Origin: Octopus bimaculoides
Taxonomy: Eukaryota
Direction of reading: 5' to 3'
NCBI RefSeq assembly: GCF_001194135.2
Contig: NC_068999.1
Coordinates: 21,307,507 to 21,341,537, forward strand
DNA length: 34,031 nucleotides
Position numbers and translations under genes: made by a program. This document shows, one piece after another, positions 1-9,745 of the stretch. The notes beneath the pieces were generated by a model that saw nothing but the letters and a program-made list of their open reading frames with translations, searched no databases and was not told where the DNA came from. Each line of letters opens with the position of its first letter. The first letter of the stretch is position 1.

Positions 1-30
1 GTGTGTGTGTGTGTGCGTGTGTGTGTGTTT
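1..30. repeat. (GT)n microsatellite, probably the internal repeat of the adjacent SINE
   Basis: Direct reading of the sequence. Confidence 0.95.
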
Positions 31-40
31 TTCTGTCTGT

Positions 41-189
41 TTGTCCCCCCACCATCGCTTGACAACCGATGCTTGTGTGTTTACGACCCCGTAACTTAGC
101 GGTTCGGCAAAACAGACCGATAGAATAAGTACTAGACTTACAAAGATTAAGTCCTGAGGTCGATTTGTTCGACTAAGGACGGTGTTCCA
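41..189 (+). mobile_element. SINE family 1, 3' portion
   Basis: Motif string ccatcgcttgacaaccgatg...gtaacttagcggttcggcaaaa...gatagaataagtactag...gtcgatttgttcgactaa recurs at about 13230-13420, 18730-18810 and 26060-26190, and inverted at about 11570-11770 and 29960-30170. Confidence 0.85.
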
Positions 190-599
190 TTTATGCACAC
201 ATACACGCTTCTGTATGTGTGTGTATGTCTGTCTAAACAAAATCCCATTGACAAAGCACTTGTCTACCAGAGACTGTAGTAAGAGACATTTGCCCAAAGG
301 CTTTTATTTGTTCTGTAGGATAAAATGACGTGGCTGTGAAACATTTAGAGGCAGTTACGTTAATTACTTCAGATACAGGTGATCCGGAAAGGGGCCGTTC
401 TTATCCTCGGTTCACCGCGATCATCCCGCCTGCCATTCACTCCATCCTGAGAATCTAGGCTTCGCCAGCTTGAAACGTTGATGTGATCGACGCCTACCCA
501 GTGTTTTTTTTTGTTTTTTTTTTTTGTTAAGGAACTACTTCGCTATGCCGAAGCTACTTTACATCCTCTTTAGTATCCCTTGTTACAATCACATATCTC

Positions 600-1227
600 T
601 CCTCAAAGATCTCGACGCCTGTATCCAACTGGCCGCTGAAGAGAAATACAATGTTCGGTTTGCAACACTGAATGGCAACAGGCCAATACCGCTGCCAATC
701 CAGTGCAGATTCTTTCGGCTTCCACCCATGGTCATGTTATTGTAGTGCTGGCCATCTTCCACGCCTTACTGTCCTTAACAAGAACATAAAGCATGGCCTA
801 GATGCCGTAATCTTCCTATTGCAGCTCGAGCCAGTGGGGCTGACCGACGGGATGGTAAAAGGCCAGACAGTATGACAATTTTCCCGTTTCGTAGTGGCAG
901 GCCCCGCATCTGGGATGCCACATGCTGTGACACCTTCTCCAGCGGTTACTTGATGTGCGCAGTTACCAACTCAGGATCCGCGCTCGTCTGGCTGAGAAAG
1001 GCAAGTTATCAAAGTGTCGATCGCTTTATGACGGATATATCGTCGAGCCTGTGGTAGTCGAGACCTCCAACGTTCTCGGCCCCCGAACAATATCCCTGCT
1101 CATTGTTATTTGGCGGGAATCCTTATCCTCTAATGTGAGCCCCGTGAGTCAGAGTGGTTATTTCAGTGCATCTTCCACGCCATCCGCCGGGGTAACACCT
1201 TCTTTATTTTGTCTGCTGGGGCCATGA
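600..1227 (+). mobile_element. Degenerate 3' end of a CRE-like (restriction-like endonuclease) non-LTR retrotransposon ORF
   Basis: Across three frameshifts it reads YRCQSSADSFGFHPWSC..SAGHLPRL..LNKNIKHGL..LEPVGL / DGKRPDSMTIFPFRSGRPRIWDATCCDTFSSGYL / AEKGKLSKCRSLYDGYIVEPVVVETSNVLGP / EPRESEWLFQCIFHAIRRGN. This matches the zinc knuckle plus PD-(D/E)xK endonuclease C-terminus of CRE-clade elements (RPD..WD.T..DT..AE..K..KY..ET.G..G..QR.S.AIQRGN). Left boundary uncertain. Confidence 0.8.
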
Positions 1228-1424
1228 GGCACTGTGACAACCTTTTTAGATATTTCTACACTTTGATGAAGAGAAATTAAACAAACACACAACTGTCCTT
1301 ACAAATATTTGCTGATGCGTGCTGATATCTGCCAAACTAATAAAAAAGAATTAATTCCTAATTAAAAAATATTACAGTGAGAAAAAGACTTCAGATAAGA
1401 ACATGACAAAACTAAAACCGATTT

Positions 1425-1590
1425 GTATGTGTGTATGTATGTAGGTACGTATGTATGTATGTCTATCTTTCTAAATACAAACATATAAATATCTAAACAT
1501 ATACGTGTGTGTGTATATATGTTTGTTTGTGTGTATGTATATATATATATGTATGTGTGTGTATGTGTGTAAGTAAATGTGTGTGTGTGT

Positions 1591-1637
<47 letters not shown>

Positions 1638-2349
1638 NNNNNNNNNNNNNNNNNNNNNNNNNNNNNNNNNNNNNNNNNNNNNNNNNNNNNNNNNNNNNNN
1701 NNNNNNNNNNNNNNNNNNNNNNNNNNNNNNNNNNNNNNNNNNNNNNNNNNNNNNNNNNNNNNNNNNNNNNNNNNNNNNNNNNNNNNNNNNNNNNNNNNNN
1801 NNNNNNNNNNNNNNNNNNNNNNNNNNNNNNNNNNNNNNNNNNNNNNNNNNNNNNNNNNNNNNNNNNNNNNNNNNNNNNNNNNNNNNNNNNNNNNNNNNNN
1901 NNNNNNNNNNNNNNNNNNNNNNNNNNNNNNNNNNNNNNNNNNNNNNNNNNNNNNNNNNNNNNNNNNNNNNNNNNNNNNNNNNNNNNNNNNNNNNNNNNNN
2001 NNNNNNNNNNNNNNNNNNNNNNNNNNNNNNNNNNNNNNNNNNNNNNNNNNNNNNNNNNNNNNNNNNNNNNNNNNNNNNNNNNNNNNNNNNNNNNNNNNNN
2101 NNNNNNNNNNNNNNNNNNNNNNNNNNNNNNNNNNNNNNNNNNNNNNNNNNNNNNNNNNNNNNNNNNNNNNNNNNNNNNNNNNNNNNNNNNNNNNNNNNNN
2201 NNNNNNNNNNNNNNNNNNNNNNNNNNNNNNNNNNNNNNNNNNNNNNNNNNNNNNNNNNNNNNNNNNNNNNNNNNNNNNNNNNNNNNNNNNNNNNNNNNNN
2301 NNNNNNNNNNNNNNNNNNNNNNNNNNNNNNNNNNNNNNNNNNNNNNNNN

Positions 2350-2390
<41 letters not shown>
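1425..2390. repeat. Compound (GT)n/(AT)n microsatellites flanking assembly gap 1638-2349
   Basis: Direct reading. Confidence 0.95.
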
Positions 2391-2393
<3 letters not shown>

Positions 2394-2604
2394 TTTATTT
2401 GTGTATTAAGACTACCATTGGTTTCATGTTAAGGAAACATGTTAATATCTTAACACTTTTTCAAGCTGATCACATAGAAGAATGGTATTCGTCTCCATTT
2501 TAGATTAAAATACCATTCCTGCATGTGATCGGCTTGGAAAATTGTTAAAATATTAAGATATTTTCTTAACATGAAACCAATTGTAGCCTTAATACACAAA
2601 TAAA
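2394..2604. repeat. Inverted repeat, 96-bp arms (2394-2489 and 2509-2604) with 19-bp spacer; foldback or MITE-like
   Basis: The reverse complement of the right arm aligns without gaps to the left arm with scattered substitutions (tttatttgtgtattaag...aatggtatt). Confidence 0.85.
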
Positions 2605-2654
2605 AAATGTATCCACCAATACGGTGTTGTTCACCGTTCGACATTTACGTATAT

Positions 2655-2656
<2 letters not shown>

Positions 2657-2727
<71 letters not shown>

Positions 2728-2737
2728 TAGATAGATT

Positions 2738-2785
<48 letters not shown>

Positions 2786-2807
2786 CATACATACATACAT
2801 ACATACA

Positions 2808-2837
<30 letters not shown>
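2657..2837. repeat. (AGAT)n/(AGAC)n/(ACAT)n tetranucleotide microsatellite
   Basis: Direct reading. Confidence 0.95.
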
Positions 2838-2840
<3 letters not shown>

Positions 2841-3326
2841 GAGTGTATATATCAAAAGTATAACATCAATGCATTTGGGTGAAGTTTTTTTTCTTTACTT
2901 AATGCAGTGAATGTTTTTTTTTCTAGGGTATTTTATGTCTAGGCTCTTCTTTTCCCTTAATATCCAACTTACTACATTGGAACTGTATTTTGCGAATGCA
3001 AAGGCAGTATTTAAAACGGTAATCTCATTTCTGGTAGGGTTTTTTTCCTTATCTTTGTCTTATAGCACATATCCAATTTCCTCTTTCATGTTTGTATGTT
3101 ACATCTTATCATCGTCTTTTATCTCCTAAATACTTTAATTACTGGCTCCTTTCTCATTTTCTTTTAAAGCGTATAGAAAATATAACTCAGATTTTCATTT
3201 TTAATTAATTTATCTCTCCATACTTTACGTGTATTAATCCACATCTCGCTTTGGTATTGCATCTGAATCCATGAACAGTATTTATTTCTAATTGCTGATT
3301 TGCCTTTTCTCTATAGTTTTAAATCA

Positions 3327-3480
3327 TTTGGCTGTGTGGTTAAGAAGTTATTAAGAAGCTACCATTGCAACCACGTAGTTTCAGGTTCAGTTCCACTCCG
3401 CGGCACCATGAGCAAGAGTCTTCTACTATTGCTCTGGGTCGAGCAATACCTTATGAGTTAATTTGGTAGACGGAAATTGT
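3327..3480 (+). mobile_element. SINE family 1, tRNA-like 5' head
   Basis: ggctgtgtggttaagaag...ccacgtagtttcaggttcagttccact has A/B-box-like motifs; similar heads at 13051, 14523 and 30347-30412 (minus). Confidence 0.75.
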
Positions 3481-3623
3481 CTATTACATAACTAACATGA
3501 TTATGAAACAGCTGTAGACTAAGGAAATGAAGATCTATTCTCTCACTTCCCTTCTCTTATTAATTGATATAGATACTCATTACAATTGTCATTCCTGGAG
3601 TTTTAGACCAATGCTGAGTTTTA

Positions 3624-4104
3624 TCAGAATGAGATAAAACACCAAGAGTGTGAAGATTTTAGAACATTTATAAATAGGCCTTACAGCTGTTTCCAGGATA
3701 TTTATTATATCCCATCATAGGAGACGGTGTGAGAAAATGGTTGAACAATAGTTAATTTAGATAAGATACGAAATAGAGAGTGAAGTGGATGAATGAAAAT
3801 AGATGTGAGATATGCAAGGATAATGCATTTGTAGATCCATTATTTAGGCGGAATGGTATACGTATAAGATTCCAATACCTTGTGAGTAAAATCCAATAGT
3901 ATCTAAAATTGGTCATTCCAAGTATAGAGTTTGTACACAGTGCTAATGAATCAAGGGCTTTATTAAACACTCCATGTCGGTATTACCTTGGACTCCTTAT
4001 TCGCATAATCACCGAACCTGGAGCTTAACTATGGTCTATCCATAGCACTTACTCAGCATTACCTGAAACCTTTGGGTCTTACTGACACCATTGCCTCTCA
4101 TAAC
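3624..4104 (-). mobile_element. Interspersed repeat, copy 1; putative Penelope-like terminal repeat carrying a decayed hammerhead motif
   Basis: Reverse complement aligns to 20861-21323 over about 470 bp except a roughly 50-nt replaced segment near 3940-3990. Penelope assignment is inferred from the hammerhead motif. Confidence 0.7.
3678..3726 (-). ncRNA. Degenerate minimal type-I hammerhead ribozyme motif
   Basis: Minus strand: GTCT CCTATGA TGGGATAT AATAA ATATCCTG GAAAC AGCT GTA AGGC. Helix II, GAAA, palindromic helix III (ACAGCTGT) and a GUA triplet are present; the CUGANGA box is mutated. Confidence 0.5.
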
Positions 4105-4106
4105 CT

Positions 4107-4108
<2 letters not shown>

Positions 4109-4145
<37 letters not shown>

Positions 4146-4503
4146 NNNNNNNNNNNNNNNNNNNNNNNNNNNNNNNNNNNNNNNNNNNNNNNNNNNNNNN
4201 NNNNNNNNNNNNNNNNNNNNNNNNNNNNNNNNNNNNNNNNNNNNNNNNNNNNNNNNNNNNNNNNNNNNNNNNNNNNNNNNNNNNNNNNNNNNNNNNNNNN
4301 NNNNNNNNNNNNNNNNNNNNNNNNNNNNNNNNNNNNNNNNNNNNNNNNNNNNNNNNNNNNNNNNNNNNNNNNNNNNNNNNNNNNNNNNNNNNNNNNNNNN
4401 NNNNNNNNNNNNNNNNNNNNNNNNNNNNNNNNNNNNNNNNNNNNNNNNNNNNNNNNNNNNNNNNNNNNNNNNNNNNNNNNNNNNNNNNNNNNNNNNNNNN
4501 NNN
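4109..4503. repeat. (AT)n microsatellite followed by assembly gap 4146-4503
   Basis: Direct reading. Confidence 0.95.
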
Positions 4504-4509
4504 AAATAT

Positions 4510-4769
4510 ACATAAGGTTGCCAAGAATTTATACCTCTCATTAAAGGTCGGTAGCTATCGGACGCTGACGAAGGGAAATAACCCTGAAACCCGGATCCGT
4601 TCGTGCTACGATCAAGATGAGAGGGGTAACTTCCCTTGGCAAAACAAACAGGACACAGTAGTGTGTCGATAAGCCAGCTGGAGGAGATGTCCTCCTGGGG
4701 CTAAAGCAACAGTAACATCCACCCCTAGGGGTCAGCCACACTTAAGTGGCAATACACTTCACTATATAC

Positions 4770-4770
<1 letters not shown>
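4510..4770 (+). mobile_element. Structured GC-richer repeat with hammerhead and serial hairpins; Penelope-like terminal repeat or retrozyme-like element
   Basis: Hammerhead at 4551-4609 followed by at least five hairpins or palindromes. Class inferred from the known association of hammerheads with Penelope-like terminal repeats. Confidence 0.6.
4551..4609 (+). ncRNA. Type-I hammerhead ribozyme motif
   Basis: GTAGC TAT CGGACG | CTGACGA | AGGG AAATAA CCCT | GAAA C CCGG ATC | CGTTCG T GCTAC. Helix I is 6 bp (one GU) plus 5 bp beyond an internal loop; CUGANGA and GAAA are intact; helix II is 4 bp; AUC triplet with predicted cut after 4597; one C-A mismatch in helix III. Confidence 0.75.
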
Positions 4771-4807
<37 letters not shown>

Positions 4808-4920
4808 AATACAGGACAGCATTTTGTTTCCAATTCCACTCATCTTCTAATACCAATAATGTTATTTCTTCCTCTCTCCATCCAGTACTATTCTTCCCAC
4901 TAAATATTATAATTATCGTT

Positions 4921-4923
4921 TAT

Positions 4924-4979
<56 letters not shown>

Positions 4980-5044
4980 CGTTGTGTACATTATTATTAT
5001 TATTATTATTATTATAATTATTATTATTATTATTATTATTATTT

Positions 5045-5138
<94 letters not shown>

Positions 5139-5160
5139 CATTTTATTTTTATTATTATTT
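4921..5160. repeat. Compound (TTG)n/(TTA)n/(GTA)n trinucleotide microsatellite
   Basis: Direct reading; explains the poly-L/I/T/S ORFs. Confidence 0.95.
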
Positions 5161-5174
5161 TCTATTATCATTAA

Positions 5175-5219
5175 GGCGGAGAGCTGGCAGAATCGTAAGA
5201 ACGCCGGGCAAAATGCCAT
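5175..5219 (+). mobile_element. SINE family 2, 5' head only
   Basis: ggcggagagctggcagaatcgtaagaacgccgggcaaaatgc matches the head of the 18472 copy and the inverted 16953-18055 copies. Confidence 0.7.
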
Positions 5220-5243
5220 ACACTCCATGTCGGTATTACCTTG

Positions 5244-6230
5244 AGTCTTGACTGCAGTCTCCAGTCAAAGACTCGAACAACGAAAAGAATTTTTCAGACA
5301 CCCATAATTCTCCTTTATTTTAGTCGTCTTCACCTCGTCGCATTTGTCCATATATTCCTGGAAATGGGTAAGCCTAAATGCGTGCATATGCTTCATTCGT
5401 GACAGCATCCCAAGACCTTCATTAATTGAGTAATGGAGACAGAAGAATCTGACAAGTGAAACTTGTCTCTTGTATAAGAAGTAAAAGATAGCAAACCGTC
5501 CCGTTTGGTCAAACGTTTCTTGGAACAAAGTCAACGGCTATGTGACAGTACACCACGGAGTCGATATAGGTATTACCCATCCCGCCACCAGACCTTTCAG
5601 AGACACGTCAGTCTTTTTATAAGAAAAGCTTATGGTCAGAAAGTTTTCTGTTCTTATGCACCTGGAGGTCTGGACCAAACCAGAATCCGAGACTGAACTA
5701 TGCCCTCGGTCCGGTGAACCAAATTGCTTTAGTCCGAGGTGTATTTGCAAATTATAGAGCTCTTGACGTTGACGAGAACGTCTCAGCAGCCTCTGCCGGA
5801 GAACTTTAGAGTCGGAAATTATGGACAACTCCTAAAATTTCTCAAGAAGAGACTGGCAAACAGAGATGCATTATTGTTCAAGGCAGGCTTTAGAGGTACA
5901 CACATGCCAATAGCCGAACCGGTCTGAGATGCGTGAAGATCGCCGAAACCTTCCTGCACGTCATTGTTCAGTGCCCGCACATTACTGATTTGTGGACATA
6001 TATTGGACAGCTGCTCTCGTGTGTAAGCATAATCCAGTTATTATCAGAGTGAAAATCGACGGTAGCCAAGGTTGTGGACTCGTCAGCAACTTTGAGGGAA
6101 AATTGGTATTTTCTTCTCTGATAAAGTTGTCATAAAATTTCCCAAATGTCAATTGAGTAGGAAAGTGAGGGTAGAGAGAGAGGTGCCGCCCTCTCGTATG
6201 AATGGGCGTTGCAAGACTGGTGATGCTAAA
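5244..6230 (+). mobile_element. Degenerate L1/Tx1-like LINE ORF2 3' region
   Basis: The frame from 5921 reads GLRCVKIAETFLHVIVQCPHITDLWTYIGQLLS, the C..C....ET..H....CP....W cysteine-rich motif of L1/Tx1 ORF2 C-termini. Upstream FLEMGKP..QHP and downstream RKVRVERE fragments fit post-RT sequence; many stops and frameshifts. Confidence 0.65.
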
Positions 6231-7144
6231 TGTGGTTCCTCTGAAGATAGAAATAGAAAGATGGCGCGTCCGACAAATTTGGATGTGACAGCTTTATTCG
6301 AGGTATGTGGTTGGGGAGGGGCTTTTCTCCGAATACTTTAAGTAGTAAGTTTATGTTTTATTCTCTCGTGTATTGTTTTTGAACGAGAATAGAATATAAA
6401 TTCTCTTCTGAAGAATGATTTTAACACTACGTTACAGTCATGTGATTATTCATTATAGTCACATGTAGTTACGTGCATTTGCTTGACTCTTTGCTGTACA
6501 CTGACGTAATGTATTTGTTTTGCTTTGTGCTTTACAACGTATGTATTTTTGTTTAAAAACGAGGTCTCGTTTGTATTAATTTCGATGTTAAATTTTAGTA
6601 CGGATTTGTTTTGTAATTCCCTCTTTAGTCTCTGAACTTCTGTAAGTATATCCATTACAACTATTATATCAACTATGAATCTGGTGTGTATTATGTGTTT
6701 ATGTTTTTGACATTATTCTGTTTTCTTTTGTAGAAAGATAGAACATTGCAAACGTTGGTCGAAGGGATGAACGCATGGTTACTTCATTTATGTGTTTGTG
6801 TAAATTTCCTTACAGACAGCGAAAAGGCACTTCAGTTGTGCATGTCATAAGTGGTTTCTTCGATAAGTTTGCTGATATCGCGAGTATATTTATATACGAT
6901 ATTTATACTGATTTCTACCGTTTCAATCAGTGAGACGTCGGTGAAGAAACTTTCTACTCTAAAAAAAGGTATGGTACCTATTGTATCTGTTCCCTCTAAG
7001 ATCTGTAGAAATTCCTCACTTGACTTCTTACTATATTTTTCCGGTGTGTTTTGTTTCGTAATATTGTTTATTTATTTTTTTTTTGGCGACTGCACGTGCA
7101 GATGTATTTCATAGAAACATCATATGTCTGAGGTAATTGTTTTA

Positions 7145-7186
<42 letters not shown>

Positions 7187-7188
<2 letters not shown>

Positions 7189-7508
7189 GACGCTTGGCTC
7201 AGTGGTTAGGGCGTTCAGCCCACAGTCGTATGCCTGTGATTGATTTTTGGTGTGCGGTCTGCCCTTGAAGAAGGCGCTTTACTTCTCGTTGCTCCAGTCC
7301 ACTCAGATGGCAAAAATGAGTTCTACCTGTAATTCAGAGAGCCAGCTTCGTCACATTCTGTGTTACGCTAAATTTCCTTGAGAACTACATTAAGGGTATA
7401 TGTGTTTGTGGAGTACTCAGCCACAGCCCCGTTAATTTCTTACGCAGGCTGTTCCGTTGATCGAATCAACTGGAACACCCAACGTCATGACAGATGGAGT
7501 CCCAGTTA
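7187..7508 (+). mobile_element. SINE family 3 (tRNA-derived head plus conserved central domain)
   Basis: Head gacgcttggctcagtggttagggcgttc; central gttgctccagtccactcag..aaaaatgag resembles conserved SINE central domains; preceded by (GT)n at 7148-7186. Confidence 0.7.
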
Positions 7509-7554
7509 CACGGTTACATACGCACACACAAGCACACATTATATATTATATTAT

Positions 7555-7748
7555 ATATAGAGAGGGGGGAGGGGGGAGAGAGAGGGAGAGAGAGAGAGGG
7601 AGAGAGAGNNNNNNNNNNNNNNNNNNNNNNNNNNNNNNNNNNNNNNNNNNNNNNNNNNNNNNNNNNNNNNNNNNNNNNNNNNNNNNNNNNNNNNNGGAGA
7701 GAGAGAGAGAGAGGGAGAGAGAGAGAGGGAGAGAGAGAGAGGAGAGAA
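7555..7748. repeat. (GA)n/poly-purine repeat flanking assembly gap about 7609-7695
   Basis: Direct reading. Confidence 0.9.
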
Positions 7749-8374
7749 GACTTAGGTTATCGGTTTTCTTAGAGAGCCAATTGCACTTGTCGATATTGTA
7801 TCGACATACATGTCAAAGAATCGTCGATTTGTTATCTTCGTCATCTGTTTTCAATAACGTAGACCTATGGTATGTAAACAGACACCTTCAAGACACAATC
7901 TGTCTATTATTATCGTTGTTAGTATTTTCTCCCGGGTCAAGCTTGGTCGAGCATATCTATTGTCAAACGCATTCCATCCGCAACCATTCTGTCTTATTTT
8001 CAATTATTGTAAGACAAGAGCTACGTTATCCAGCCTGTTTTTATTCTATGTCATAATAGAGTATGGATTTGATAGAGATTTGGCTTTTATTTCTAGCAAG
8101 TCAAGAGACTGCGTAGAAGCTTCGTTGAGGATCGCCATTATAAGTAGCGATCATATAAGAAAAGTCATGCGAATTTTATTATTTTGCAATGTAGAGCTTA
8201 ATTAATTTTCCCTTAAGTCTCTACACTATAACATGGCATATTCAAATGCATCCTGACTCCAATAACCATATCAAGAAGAAGAGTTCTGTGAATTTCTGGC
8301 CATCAAATGTGTTACAGCACATTTCTTCAAGACGTCTTTATGCATCTCTTACTTATCTATGTATCTATTAATCT

Positions 8375-8414
8375 ATACATATACATATGTGTGGGGGGGG
8401 TGCGTGTGTGTGTG

Positions 8415-8452
<38 letters not shown>

Positions 8453-8510
8453 CATATAGATTTATATGAATATGCATATGTGAACATGTGCGTGTGTGTG
8501 TGCGTATGTG

Positions 8511-8542
<32 letters not shown>

Positions 8543-8554
8543 TATATATATGTA

Positions 8555-8641
<87 letters not shown>

Positions 8642-8670
8642 GCGTATATATTTATACATATATACATACA
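8375..8670. repeat. Compound (GT)n/(AT)n microsatellite
   Basis: Direct reading. Confidence 0.95.
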
Positions 8671-9668
8671 CATCCCATACGTTGCCAGTAAAATTGGTTT
8701 CTCTGTAAAACTGGTTCTTAATAGTAGCTCTTCAGATCTACTTACGTTGAATTATATTACACTCTAATGGACAGGCAGCATTAAAACAACTGTTTTGTGA
8801 TGAATTTATAGCAAATTATGAAGACACATTAGTTCCCTAGACGAAGTTTAAAATCTTCTAATACCCTTCATGTTAGAAAATGAAATCTACTGGCTTCTCA
8901 ATTTACACATTTTATTCGAGGTTTTATAATGCCTTGCTAAAGATTGTAGACTATAATAATAAAAAAAATAATAATACGAATTTTCATTTTGTTTTATATA
9001 CATTTTAAACATCATTTCATAATATATCCGCAATTACTAAGTACCTATCTATCTGAAACACTTTTTCTCATTCATATATATCTATATATATATATTATAG
9101 GATAGAAAAATGTTAACCATACGAGTTTGAATCTTATTACTTATCTGAAGCTCGTATCAATTTGTATGTGCGTGCATGTGTGTGTGTGTATGTGTTTTTG
9201 TGTTAACAGGCGTTCTTTCATACACTTTATGTTAGTTTATTCTCTTTAAAGCAATTTCGATCGACCTACTCCATCTCCCTCTTGAGAAAGCCAGAACTAC
9301 ATACTCTATTTTTTCATCGCCAGACTATGCTCATTAACCGAATCTGAATGTCAATTCTTCGTTTGTCACATATACATATGTAGTCAAGAGGTCGTAACCC
9401 AAACTGTCCACAATACGTTCGGTTTAAGACTAATCCTTACCTATCTAAGATTACGACCGGTGGATGTTCTTTTTGTAGGTAACTGTATTAGTATTTAACT
9501 ATCCCCATGAGCGCAAAGTGTGTGCTGCGGGAGAACTGCGCACCTCCAAAATCACTCTAAACAAAACTCTGCGCAAGTTCTGTTTTATTTCTTTCTTCTC
9601 CCCACCTCAAAGTCCTGTGGCAGGGACAAACACTGGATGCTACTATTTCAACGGCAGCTTCATTAGCA

Positions 9669-9745
9669 CTCCTTATTTTCGAATTTCAATACGCTGATTA
9701 TCTCGCTGCAACAGATCATAACCTATCTCACATCCAGAACAGTGT
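9669..9745 (+). mobile_element. Short reverse-transcriptase motif-C remnant (RTE-like)
   Basis: Translates LLIFEFQYADYLAATDHNLSHIQN, resembling EL.YADD.AL.AH....LQ of RTE-type RT; very short. Confidence 0.4.

Noticed and set aside
1362-2503. ORFs of 270-340 aa, and the similar ones at 4036-4672, 19913-20716, 25086-25995, 26367-27204 and 30903-31775
   Set aside because: They read through N-gaps and dinucleotide microsatellites (X, YI, CV, HT runs); artefacts.
3327-3400. tRNA-like A/B boxes here and at 7187, 13051, 14523 and 30347
   Set aside because: SINE heads; no cloverleaf, so not called as tRNA genes.
6070-6092. Minus-strand CTGACGAGTCC hammerhead-like start
   Set aside because: No complementary GGAC-GAAA follows; lies in LINE-derived sequence.
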